A stretch of 64,000 bases of DNA from Euprymna scolopes (taxonomy: Eukaryota). Position 1 is the first letter of the stretch. Every line of letters starts with the position of its first letter. The stretch lies in the NCBI GenBank assembly GCA_053919585.1, contig CM132822.1. One strand, written 5' to 3'. Below are positions 12,667-24,747 of this stretch, one piece after another. Below the pieces are notes generated by a model. It ran no database searches, had not been told where the DNA came from, and worked only from the letters and a program-made list of their open reading frames with translations. Both the position numbers and the translations under genes were made by a program.

Positions 12667-12705
12667 CCAGCCTGACGATGGCGGAAACGCCGAAAGCGCT
12701 CGCAG
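12667..12705 (+). ncRNA. Minimal type I hammerhead ribozyme in PLE pseudo-LTR (copy 2)
   Basis: CUGACGA at 12672-12678, stem II 12680-12691, GAAA 12692-12695, predicted cleavage after C12701; stem I is only 2 canonical bp. Confidence 0.75.
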
Positions 12706-12812
12706 ACTACGGAACACTTTTACACCATTTTACATATAACACAAGAAGGATTATTCGAAAACTGGAAAAAATAAAACGGAAAATTGTCAAACAAGAAAAT
12801 GCTGTGCTGTTT

Positions 12813-12818
<6 letters not shown>

Positions 12819-12898
<80 letters not shown>
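12819..12898. repeat. (TA)n microsatellite
   Basis: Dinucleotide run. Confidence 0.97.
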
Positions 12899-12901
<3 letters not shown>

Positions 12902-14209
12902 TGTGTACAAGATTTGCTCCTAAACTGATTAACCAATGATAATGAATTTTGGAACACAGCTGTCAGGTGTAAGAGGTCTTATTGCGCGCTATTGTTTATG
13001 TAAAGGGGTGAAAAATAGAGGTAGAAGACCTTCGTGAAAATTAACATAGCTTGCAGAACAGCTATTAAATTCATCGCTCTCCAGTAGAAAACAGCACTTC
13101 CGCAAAAAGCATATGTGTAGATATAATCCAGTGACTATTTCGGTAATATATAAAATAGATATTTTAAAAAATAATATGTGTGTGTGCGTGATATAGTGAG
13201 TCTGTATAGCATGGGTCATTCGGGCAAGATCGCAGTGTAGTATCTGTTTTGATGCTATACTTCACCTTTTCTGTCTTCAGCTAGCGGAGAAGTCCTTCAT
13301 GACTGAGATAATTTTTATTTTTGTTATCCAGAGTGCCACTTTAAGGGAAACTCGATTTTCCCCACATTAAAAGCCAACCTTGTGTCTAACTCTGCCCCCT
13401 TGGGGAGGCAAGCAAATAGGAACATGGGTTTTTGTGTGTGTATATATACGAATCTCTTAATGTGTGCACTTGCATATTTATAAATGTCATCGTCTAAAAA
13501 TTGTGGTTGTAGGTGCGAGTATTTCTTTATGTGTATAATAGTGTGTCCATGTTTAGACATTCAGCAACACTTCCACAATTAACATAACATGGACAGCCAT
13601 TACGAATGACGAATAACCATTTCTAAGATTTACATCAACAAACTGAAAAAACATACCTTCTTTATTTTTTTATTTTTTTATCTATTTTATTTTATTTCAT
13701 TTATTTATGTTTTGGACGTTTCCTCCACTCTCTCCATTTTATGGTTCTGACATGTTGCCACGCTTCGGGTTTCTTTTCTTGGAAAACATCAAAACACGAT
13801 CTCTTTTATGTATAAACGTTTATTTCACGCCCTGAAGTTTGCGATGGCCACATCTTGCTAATCTCGTTCCCCGGCTTTCGAACGTGGAGACACTCTCTCA
13901 CGATCCTACTTCTAGCAAACCCCACTCTAGAATATCAACGTCTACTAACTAAAATATACGTGTACAACTGAAACCTTTAACTATTTCATCAGGTCACCAC
14001 ACACATAACTAAATATTCGCACTTACTTGCGGGAAATGGCCGTTTTTTTGTTTATCTAAAAATTGAATCTCAGCTAAATTTCTAACTGACATGTTTCTAT
14101 TAAAATATTTTATCTGAATATTTTCCTCTATACAACATTTACCAATATTATAAATAATCGATTAGAATTATCTGACGTTGCACCGGCACACTAAACACTA
14201 ATATAATAC

Positions 14210-14264
<55 letters not shown>

Positions 14265-14462
14265 TTCTATAGATTGATTTCTCAAGTGTAAATCCAATGA
14301 AACTCGCATGATTATTAAAGAGAGCTCAATGTAGGATACAGCTAGTATATAGTCAGTTTATTATAAAATCATTATTGATTACATATGTGCATATATGTTT
14401 TAGTGGAATCCTAATTCAAAGATACCACTCTATCAAACCAAAAGAGAAGCGATATTGAAACG

Positions 14463-15110
14463 AGAGTCAAAATTACATTCGTTTCTTATAAGATATTCGG
14501 GTGTGGTTTATGCTTTTGAAGAAAGTGGGGTGTTTACTTTGTGAGTATGAGCAGTAGGGGTTTTGGAGAGAGGTGTCAAGAAAGGAAGTAGGGTGGGTGT
14601 GAAGAAGGAGAAGAAAGTACGGTCCCGTGTGGTTAAGCTGTCGTAGCCGGGAGATAATGGAATTATTTTAACTTGGCAGTTGTTTATTGGCCTAAGTTTT
14701 CGCTTTGATCTGAAGTGAATTATACTCTTATTGTAGCTACTTCTTTATCTTAGTTTTTTATGGTTGTTTTGATCCTTTTCTGGTGGCGAATTCATTATAC
14801 GCCTATTTTATTGATAAGTTCTATTTATTTTTTATTCCTAGACCCACAAATTATTTCATTAATAGTTAAATAATTAGCTAAAATAACCTATAGGTCTAGC
14901 ACGCTTGTAATTTGAATATTGATATATACCCAAAAGAAGTATTATTGTGAAGCAGCGTTGCATAAGGAAACCTACCACATAACTAACTACTCTAACTACA
15001 TGATTTTGGGAACAGAATATTCCACCAATATAGACAAATATATGCTATTATGTACCTGTTTGCATGTATATGGTCTGAATAATCTCTCCCTATAACGAAG
15101 CATATAAACC

Positions 15111-15178
<68 letters not shown>

Positions 15179-15514
15179 AGGGAAAGATAAATAAAAGAAT
15201 GACAACCATCGAAATTAAGTTTACATATAGATATGAAAACCTTTGCCGCTGTAATCACTTCACATCGCGGAAGAATGGAAAATATAACTCCGAGTATACC
15301 ATCTTTATTTAAATGATATAAATAAGACTATATATCTGTTCAGACGGGATCGTTCTTTCCTTTTCCTCTTCCACCATCATCCCTACTTCCTCGCTTCATC
15401 ATACCTTCCTCCAAAACTTCTTCTGCTGACATTCACAAAATATACGCCTCACTTTCTTCTAGAGCGTAAACCACATCCGAATATTTTATAAAAAACGAAT
15501 GTAATTTTGGCTCT
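14463..15514. mobile_element. Old foldback/MITE-like element with ~170-bp diverged terminal inverted repeats
   Basis: 14463-14635 (AGAGTCAAAATTACATTCGTTT...GGTCCCGT) is the reverse complement of 15340-15514; no TSD recognised. Confidence 0.7.
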
Positions 15515-15721
15515 AAAATTTTACATATTTCAGATTGAAATTTAATTCTTACTGATTAGACATCAATTAAGCAAAATTCCCTAAACTTCATTTTTTCTGA
15601 AGACTTCTATAACTTAAACTTCAAATTTAAAAAAATGTTTCAAATCAAAATGATGTAAAAGAATTTGATCAAATTTTGAATAAGTTTTACTATCATTATT
15701 TGTTGATTTTAATCTTCGTAA

Positions 15722-16014
15722 GGGGGCATAACAATGGTACAAAAAAGGGCATAACAATGGTACAAAAAGGGCATAACAAATGGTACAAAAAGGGCATAAC
15801 AATGGTACAAAAAGGGCATAACAATGGTACAAAAAGGGCATAACAATGGTACAAAAAGGGCATAACAATGGTACAAAAAGGGCATAACAATGGTACAAAA
15901 AATGGCATAACAATGGTACAAAAAGGGCATAACAATGGTACAAAAAAGGGCATAACAATGGTACAAAAAAGGCATAACAATGGTACAAAAAGGACATAAC
16001 AATGGTACAAAAAG
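15722..16014. repeat. 22-23-bp minisatellite (GGCATAACAATGGTACAAAAAG) x13
   Basis: 13 tandem units varying mainly in A-run length. Confidence 0.97.
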
Positions 16015-16199
16015 TTAATAATCGATTTTTATTTGGTTTTACAATTTTTAATTTTAAGCACAATTTCTAAAAAAATATATATAAGAAGAAATTTTTATGC
16101 GAAAAACATTATTTCGTTCAATTTTCTGGTTAAGAAAAAAAAGTAACTTTTCATTACAACTAAACATACGGTTTTGATTTTGACGCCGATTCGTTTTAA

Positions 16200-17300
16200 T
16201 TCGTTTTTTTCCGATTGTTTACGTATTCCTATGTCGGCATAAGTCGTCTTTCTTCGGGTTCGAAGGGATGGTATTTTTTGTTTTGGAATCTTGAAAAGTT
16301 ATTGATTGATTTTGTGTATGTTTAAGAATAAAGTTATTAATTGATTTTTCTGTTTTGGATATATCTACTGAAATAATAACCTTATTATTTAAAAACACAT
16401 TTTGAACATGGAGAGAGGACCTATTAACTATTCGGTATTTTTACGTAACAGTTTAATAAACAAAAACTACCGTAACTTAAAATCGTACTAAAACTACCAC
16501 ATTTCGCTCATTGCCGAGTTACCGTTTGTTAGTTGTTAACTTGCTTTGATATAAAAGAGCACTTAGTTAAAGTTAGTATTCGATTTTTGTTTTTGGTTTT
16601 ATTAAAAAAAAAAAAAAGAGGCGTTAAAGATATCGAACAATTTTGTTTTGGTAAAGAAAAAAACAGTTGATTAAAGGTAAAACGTGAATTTCTATTTTGT
16701 TTTAGTAAAAATAAAACAATCGATTCTTTTCTTTTAGATAAAAACGCATTTCTGTTTACGTATTTCGCCGTTAAATGTTGGTTTTGCCTGGTTCAAAGCG
16801 ATGGTCTTATTTGTTTTTGCTTTTTTTTTTAATAAAAAAATTTAAAATAAACTTGCCCTGAAAAGATATTAATTGATTTTGTTTAAAGAAAATAAAATAA
16901 CTTATTAATCAATTTTGTTTGGAGTATTCTTCCAGTTTACGAATCGTGTTGGAATAATGACGTTATTATTTATACATTAACTTGTGGATTTAGTTTTTAA
17001 CTATTTTGTATTTACACTTGAAAGTTTAACAATAACAAATAAAAGACACTGTAAATATTTAAATTAACTAGAAAATTGTATTTTAAAATATCAGGGATAG
17101 TAAACTGCAGAATTACCATCTTTTCTTTAAATTTAAAAAGAACAGTTAATGAAAGTTTGTAATTGAGTTTGTTTTTCGTGTTATTAAAGACAGTCGTTAA
17201 AAGATATTGACCGATGATTTGTTTTAGTAAATAAAACTGTCTTTTAAAGTTAGAAAGTGAATTTCTATTTTTTTTAGTAAAAGTAAAAAAACACTTAATT
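16200..17300. repeat. Ancient diverged tandem duplication, period ~540-580 bp
   Basis: Matching anchors: GTTTACGTATT (16218/16755), GGTTC.AAG.GATGGT (16257/16790), GTGAATTTCTATTTT.TTTTAGTAAAA (16684/17257). Confidence 0.65.
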
Positions 17301-17810
17301 TTTTCGTTCAGTTAAAACAACGTAAAATAATAATGTGTTTTCTTTTTGTTTTATTTTCACCAAAAGGTAAAAAAAAGAATAGACGGTAACTTAACAATAG
17401 TTATATCTGTTGAGTGTGACTGTCGCAGGATGACTTCATTGTAAGAGAGAGAATATGTTTGTTACTTTCTTTTTAAGACTGTGTATTTGTGAGAAAAAAT
17501 TTAGTCGGAATAAATAAAATTAATTATAAACGGCGAATAATTGTGTCCGTAGTTTCATAAAACTTGCTTAAGGAAATACTGTTAATGTTGAGTTTAAAAT
17601 ATTTGCATAGAAAGTGTTCGATTATATTCCTCTTGTAACTTAAGAGATGCGGGATGAATCGAATTTACTTTATATAATCGAATAGAAGGAGAATATAACA
17701 CAATGGCTATCATTTTTGTCGTTTTTTTTTTTTGTTTTTTTTCAAATTATCAAAATGTGAAAAGAAATTGTTTGATTTTCGGTATAAAAAAAGCTACAAT
17801 AATATTAATC

Positions 17811-17873
17811 ATTGCTTTGAAGGTGGATGGGATTTGCTAATACTAGAAAAAAACCATCCACCTTCAAAGCAAT
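17811..17873. other. Perfect 20-bp inverted repeat hairpin
   Basis: ATTGCTTTGAAGGTGGATGG (17811-17830) / CCATCCACCTTCAAAGCAAT (17854-17873). Confidence 0.9.
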
Positions 17874-18443
17874 AAATTATCTTGTTCATTGTTGGGAACA
17901 GACACTCATTTTTGCTTGTTCAAAATGGTTCAATTTGTTCGCTTTATAGGCGTACAATTATTTAGTTAAATTAATTTGTACTTTAAAATTATAAGTTTAT
18001 TTGAACAGACGGTCATATATTATGTGGTCTGTGCGTAGCATATGATGCGAGGCTGTAATGACCAATAAAACTTTCCAATTATGAATGTACACACTGTTTA
18101 AAAAGAAACATATCTTTAGGTTAATGTGATTTTTTGTTGTTTGCTTTTAATGTACATTCTTAGTGCTGATGATCTGCCCGTACTAAAGTAAATGATATAC
18201 AGAGAATTATGTATAAAAATATTAGTGCGGGCCGAAACAATTGTACACTAACACAGAAAATAGATTTAATCTGTTTGAACGAGCATAAATGAGGGTATGT
18301 TCCCAATAAAGCGATATAATATTAACAGTATTTGTAACTGTAGTCTTACACTATTGAGCTATTTAAATGAACTTTTTGTCGTTTGTATTTTTATTCGAAT
18401 AAAAATTATAAAGATGTTATTTAATACATATACGCACACATCT

Positions 18444-18456
18444 ACCTATCTATCTA

Positions 18457-18526
<70 letters not shown>
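18444..18526. repeat. Compound (TATC)(TC)(TA) microsatellite
   Basis: Seen directly. Confidence 0.95.
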
Positions 18527-18529
<3 letters not shown>

Positions 18530-19308
18530 CATTTCACTCCAAACAAGGCACATTGCCACTTTGGTGTAGGGAGCTACTATCAGGGGCAACAACTACTGGG
18601 GTACTATGTAGAGATTTTGGGCAGCAAGATTTCGGTTCACGTTACACTTGAACTTCTGCACGTCAGTACAGTTGGGGAAGTAGGGACCTGGAATGGAATT
18701 CCAGAGTCTAGCCGTTCTGGGGAAGAAACTACTGGAGTAGAAAGAGCTTTTACATCTAGGGATCTCTACTGTGTGGGGGTGGGATTTAGCTGCCTGTCAG
18801 GTTTGTCGAGGGTGTCTACGTCGTGGGGGAACAAGTGTCTGCAGTTCGCCAGAGCATTCACCATTCAAGTATTTGTAGAACAGGCAGAGGGATGCAACAT
18901 TTCGTCGATGGGACAGAGGCTGAAGTTTAGATGCCAGTTCAGGGCCTATCAGATTGGCGACTCTCTTTTGAACCTTGTCTAGAAGCGAGAGACTAGTAGC
19001 AGATGCACCAGCACAAATGTGACAGCAATACTCCATACATGGGCGAATGGTGGCCTTATAGAGGTACAGGATACTTTCGAGTGTTAGTAGTTTTCTAGCA
19101 CGGTAGAGAGAGCCTACCTTCTTTGCAGCGGCCCTGGCAATGCTTTCAATGTAATTGTTCCAACTCATGTTTCCTGTGAACGTTAGACCAAGCAGTTTGA
19201 AAGATGTACTCTCACTGGCCATTGCTATTGGTGACAGAGAAGGTTTCTTGTAATTATTGAAGGAAACCAGTTTAGTCTTGGCAGCATTGAATGTGACCAT
19301 CCCTTGAC
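18527..19308 (-). mobile_element. CR1/Zenon-like LINE 3' fragment
   Basis: VTFNAAKTK...LLGLTF...SW..YI...AAKKVGSL.R...LYKATIRPCMEYCCH...LDKVQKR...LQPLSHRRNVASL; 3' UTR ends in the (TA)n tract. Confidence 0.88.
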
Positions 19309-19883
19309 TGATTTATACCATGACTTTTTATTTGCTACTAATCAAACGAGAACGGAATAATTTTGCAATTAATAAATGTTTTGGTAAATGATGGAAATTC
19401 AAAATGCAGTCTACAATAACGGAATCCATAAAAATTAATCTAATTTTAAAACAAAATTTAAAAAAATTTTTACTTTAGTTGCAATCTATTTTTCTTATTT
19501 TATTCGCTTCCAATTTGTTTGGTGCGAGAATCAATCGACGACGTGTTAAACTTGGCCAATGCAAACTGTGGCCACTTTACATCGAGCGATGTTATTGTTT
19601 CGAATCGTTTGTTTTTAATGGACAGACGTTTTTATGTTGTCTTTTTTACTTTCTGGCGTCGTTAATATCGACTTCCGGTACGTCTACACGTTTGGAAATA
19701 TACGCACGATACTAACATAGCTTTCCATTAGCTGAAACGTCTGAATCCTTTCGACGTTTGCAGTCATATTCTTGACGTTCTGCCAACAGTTTTCACACTA
19801 TATGCATTTCAAAGCTTCTTATCGATTTCCCCATATTGGAATGTTCTCTATAACTTTCTTTGAACTTTTTTCTATATAAAACA

Positions 19884-20702
19884 CTAGCAGTATTCATAAG
19901 CGTTGCCCGGGTGGAGATATATTGTTGTCCCAATATTTCCTAAGAAAAAATAATTTTATATATTTTCATATTTGCAATTTTTATATTGAAAGAGATGTTT
20001 TAAATAACTTTTCTAATTTCAGGTCATATTATAAAAACTGTTAGCGCGGTGGTGCTCTTAAAACATATTTGACGTTGCATTTCTCAAAATTATTGCGAGA
20101 TGCCGTCTCACTGCTTTAACGAATTAAAGAAAATTCTCGTTCATTTAAATTATTTTAAATCTTAAAAAGAATTATTTATGTGCTTAAAACTCTTGTAATA
20201 TATTATCCACTGCGATATTATTTTGTTTAATTTTATTTTTATAAAATGAAATTATCTGTTAAAAAGAACTTAGTTTCTTTAACTTCTAATATTTTGTGGA
20301 ATTATTGTGCATAATTGTCCTTGGTGACCTCAGATGTATTCGAAGGAATATTTTAATATTTTTTCCATCCCTAGAACGCCTTAACTCTTATGTAAACTTA
20401 AAAAGTTAATTTAAAGAATGAACTTTAAAATATATCTCTAACTAGAACAATTCTATTACAGCAAACATTTAATAATACGGAGTTAATTATTAAAATATAG
20501 TTTTTTTAATGTAATATGCAAATTAAGTTATTTCTTGAATGTAAATTTCCTTTGAATAAAAAGTATATATAGTAATCATGTTGAAATGAAAGTTTGTATA
20601 CCTTTGTTTTCAGTATGAAAATAATTCATTTGTGAAACAGTAAATGTTGTCCATCTTAATCAAATTGTGAAAAAAACAGACAGGAATACGATGATTTTAT
20701 TA

Positions 20703-20710
<8 letters not shown>
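19884..20710 (-). mobile_element. Degenerate non-autonomous Helitron-like copy
   Basis: Minus-strand 3' end CCCGGGCAACGC...TGCTAG as in the 21.4-23.7 kb family; 5' boundary approximate. Confidence 0.5.
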
Positions 20711-20768
<58 letters not shown>

Positions 20769-21402
20769 CCAGACTATATTAATAAAGGAAATCCAAAACT
20801 ATATTGGCAATGTATAAAATGTATTTATAATTACATATAATAAAATTCTAATAAAAAAAAGTATATATGTAAAAATATTTTTAACCTTTATATATCTAAT
20901 TTTAAATAAATAAGAATGTAAATATACTAAATACTAATCATAGTGGGATGATAAGTAGTTAAATGGATTAATCCGTAATCTTATAAATACAAGACTGATA
21001 AATTAAAAAATATATCCATTTTAAATGTGGAAGTTGGTGAATCACACAAGTAAGAAATTCATATTTATAGTATGAAAAGGTTAGTAACTGCAATTAAGAA
21101 TAGGAAATTGGATCAAATGTTTGTAACATGTCTTCTTCCTAAGATTAAGGGTGGTGGTGTTTGATCAACACTGCTAGGGAGCCATGATGTAATATACTGT
21201 TTTGTTTTTAAATCCCCGAAACAGTGTTTCATGGTAAACAACTGATGATCCCTTGATAAATAAATTATTGGTACTATAGTAAATTCGAGAGCCAGTTGAT
21301 GCAATGATTGCAGGTGATTAAATAACTTACTGACTAGATGGTTTTCTAACGAATGATAAAAAATATTTTTTGCATAGTTTTAAAGGTTGAAAACTTCAAA
21401 GA

Positions 21403-23702
21403 CTATATATGTGTGTGTGTTTGTGTGTGTGTGTGCGTGTGTCTGAGTACATTTCCCTACGCAATAGCTCTGTCAATTTGTAGTCTACAGACTCGGAATT
21501 TGATATACAGGGTACTGAGATTTTGGGAAAATCGATGTGATCCATTTTGGGCCAGAAATTTGGCGACTAAGGGGTCAAAGTTCAACGATTTGACCTTTGA
21601 GAACTCTACCAAACTCCTCCGGCAATTTTGGGTCTACGCACTTGACATTTTAGATATATGTACCTTGGACATGGATCTAACTTAATAACTTGATTTGAGC
21701 CCAAAACAATAAAATTTAAGGGGTCATAATAGGGGTCAAAGTTAAAAAAATTGACCTCTGCGGTCTCTTCCAAATTACTCAGACAATTTCTGGTCTAAAT
21801 ATTTGAAATTTTACATAAAGTGTATTCAGAGATAGGGCAAGCTTTTTCATCAGTTTGGATCGAAAAATTTTAGTTACCAATACATAAATGTATGTATGCA
21901 TGTCTGTTTGTATGTCTGCCTTAAACTTTCAATAGAGGCGACGGATTTTACCAAGAACAGTATCGTTTTAAAGTTCGACCTTTCATACAACAAATATAGA
22001 AAAATTGGCTAAAAACATTAATATCTCCCCTTCAACTAGGAACTTTTCTACAGGGGGGCACTTTTTTCGCCGATATTTTTGAAAGTTATCCTCTCCTTTA
22101 GATTGTCTAGCCTTAATTTGAAAAAATGTCGCTTCGGGTTTGGCGGTGGTCCTAACAGCATAAACGTTAGGTTTTACCCCGTTCTTTTCCTCCTTGCGAG
22201 CCTGCCTTCCTACTACCACTTTTTTTTTTTTTTTTTTTTTGCTCAACATACACATCCAAACACCCGGGCAACGCCGGGCGTCCATGCTAGTATATTATAA
22301 AAGTGAACGTGTTTGTGTGTCTGTCTGCGTGTCTGTGTACATTTTCCTTCGCAATAACTCTGTTAGTTTTCAGTCTACATACTCGAAATTATATATACAG
22401 GGTAGTGAGATTAGGGAAAATCGATGTGATCGGTTTTCGGCCAGATATTTGGCTGTTAAGAGGTCAAAGTTCAACCATTTGACCTTTGAGAACTCTACCA
22501 AACTCCTCCGACAATTTTGGGTTTAAACACTTGAAACTTGGACATGGATCTAACTTAATAACTTGATTTGAGCCCAAAGCAATAAATTTTAAGGGGTTAT
22601 AATAGGGGTCATAGTTAAAAATATTGACCGGGTTTTTTTGGGGGGGGTTGTTTTTTTTTGTTTGTTTTGTTTGTTTTTTTGTCTCAGCATACACCTCCAA
22701 ACACCCGAGCAACGTCGGGCACCCATGCTAGTATATCTATAAAAGTGAATGTGTCTGTGTGTCTGTGTGTCTGTCTATGTGTCTGTCTGTCTGTCTGTTG
22801 TGTACATTTCCCTACGCATTAACTCTGTCAATTTTAAGCCTACAGACTCGAAATTTCATATACAAGGTACTGAGATTAGGGAAAATCTTTGTGATCGATT
22901 TTCGGCCAGAAATTTGGCTGTTAAGAGGTCAAAGTTCAACGATTTGAGTTTTGAGAAGTCTACCAAACTCCTCCAACAATTTTGGGTCTAAACTTGAAAT
23001 TTTAGACATGGATCTAACTTAATAACTTGATTTTGGACATGGATCTAACTTAATAACTTGATTTGAGCCCAAAAAGTAGATGTTAAGGGGTCATAATAGG
23101 GTTCAATTTTTTTAAAAGACTGACCTCTGCGGTCTCTACCAAATTACTCAGACAATTTCTGGTCTAAACATTTGAAATTTGAGATAAAGGGTATTCAGAG
23201 ATAGGGCCAGCTTTTTAATCTGTTTGGGTCGAAAATTTTTAGTTACCAATTTATAAATGTATGTATATATGTATTGTATGTATGTATTATGTATGTATGT
23301 ACGTACGTATGTATGTGTGTACGTTTGTATGTCTGCCTAAAACTTTTGAAAGAGGAAACGAATTTTACCAACACTAGTATCGTTTTAAAGTCCGACCTTT
23401 CAGACGACAAATATCGAAAAATTGGTTAAAATCATTAATATCTTCACCTTTAACTGGGAACTTTTCTACAGGGGGGGGTCGCTTTTTTCGCCGATATTTT
23501 TTTAAATAATCTTCTTCTTTCGATTGTGTAGACTTAATTTTAAAAATGTAACTTCCGGTTTGGCGGTGTTCGTAACAGCATAGACGTCAGCTTTTCCCCC
23601 GTTCTTTTTCTCCTTCGCGGTACGGGTTCGAACCTGCATTATTACTACCACTTTTTTTTTTTTTTTTTTTTTGCTCAACGTACACATCCAAACCCTCGGG
23701 CA
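21403..23702 (+). mobile_element. Head-to-tail tandem array of three non-autonomous Helitron copies
   Basis: Units ~21403-22290, 22291-22731 (internally deleted) and 22732->gap share a body, start with TATA...(GT/GTCT)n and end in a GC hairpin (CCCGG-GCAACG-CCGGG) + CTAG. Confidence 0.85.
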
Positions 23703-23858
23703 NNNNNNNNNNNNNNNNNNNNNNNNNNNNNNNNNNNNNNNNNNNNNNNNNNNNNNNNNNNNNNNNNNNNNNNNNNNNNNNNNNNNNNNNNNNNNNNNNN
23801 NNNNNNNNNNNNNNNNNNNNNNNNNNNNNNNNNNNNNNNNNNNNNNNNNNNNNNNNNN
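23703..23858. other. Assembly gap
   Basis: Run of N; a CTAG follows at 23863. Confidence 1.
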
Positions 23859-24234
23859 GGAACTAGTTAAAGCAGTTGTCAACTATCTATTCGTTTTATT
23901 AATTTCATATTGTTAGTTTGTTGTGAGGAATTTTTGAAACCTTCATCTATGATATAATTGAATTAATTTGTTTGAGAGAGTTAATGTAAGAACAGATTGC
24001 TATATTCGATTAAAAAAGTAAGAGCGAATAAATTTAATTACGAAATTTTCAAATGGTATTAAAAGAGGACTTGAGCAACATTCAAATTAAATGGTTAACC
24101 GTTTTTATGTTAATATTAAGATTGTGCTGATAATGTAAGAGTGTGTTGATAATGTAATGTTCGTAAGAGAGAACGCCATCAGAGTGCTCAATTATAAAGA
24201 AAATATCAAAATAAGTGTAATATCTATTTATATT

Positions 24235-24436
24235 TGTGTTACAGAAGATCAAAACAACATCGGTACCGTCGATTTCAAATCAAACAAATGAGACCAATAT
24301 ATAGTCTTCTTTATCTTACACGAGTGTTTCATGCTTTTGTAATCATCAATACAGGATGTAATAATTGATGCTGGTTGCGGGACTCGAACCCAGTCAACCT
24401 TGGCTTTGCAGGCTGGCGTTGTTCCACTCAACTATC
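24235..24436 (-). mobile_element. tRNA-derived SINE (Cys-like anticodon loop)
   Basis: Minus strand: A box TAGTTGAGTGG, loop CTGCAAA, B box GGTTCGAGTCC; tail homologous to 62500-62550. Confidence 0.65.
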
Positions 24437-24747
24437 AAAAATTAACATTTTAAATGTAGGTGAATTAAGTTACTTATGAGGCCATCTAAGCGGACTTGTC
24501 ATGATTCACATAGCGATGACAAGATTCGAACAAACCGGAAATTTGTGATTAATGCACGCAGCTAACCTGCAGGTGTATTCTCAATTTTCCAAATAGGGTT
24601 CAATTTTTATTTTATTTAAAGGAGTTTATAACTATAATATTTTTTTAATAAATATTAATAATTTTTACTCACAGACACTAATGTTTCATGTTTACACAAT
24701 CATCAGTGCTAGAAGTGATAATTACTACTGGTCGCGTCATATGCAGT

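Larger units (their letters stand above)
10889..12822 (-). mobile_element. Penelope-like element (RT C-terminal half + GIY-YIG + pseudo-LTR) with an inverted 5' arm, embedded in (TA)n
   Basis: Minus arm 12238->10889: YIYVRYVDD, IPFLDV, GIY-YIG (NVIYQFNCPIGEC...YIGH.TNTLSRRLTLH...LEALYI...PKIN), 3' UTR, hammerhead, then ORF N-terminus (RKLEK...FNNICLKENMLPKY). Plus arm 12239-12822 is a near-identical inverted copy of ~10925-11509. Both outer ends run into (TA)n. Confidence 0.92.

Noticed and set aside
12678-12923. Duplicated small gene MAETPKALADYG (also 10862-11068)
   Set aside because: The ATG lies in the hammerhead core; the peptide is the PLE ORF N-terminus within the pseudo-LTR, truncated by (TA)n.
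15614-16063. Cys/His-rich metallothionein-like ORFs
   Set aside because: Translations of the 22-23-bp minisatellite with frame-shifting unit lengths.
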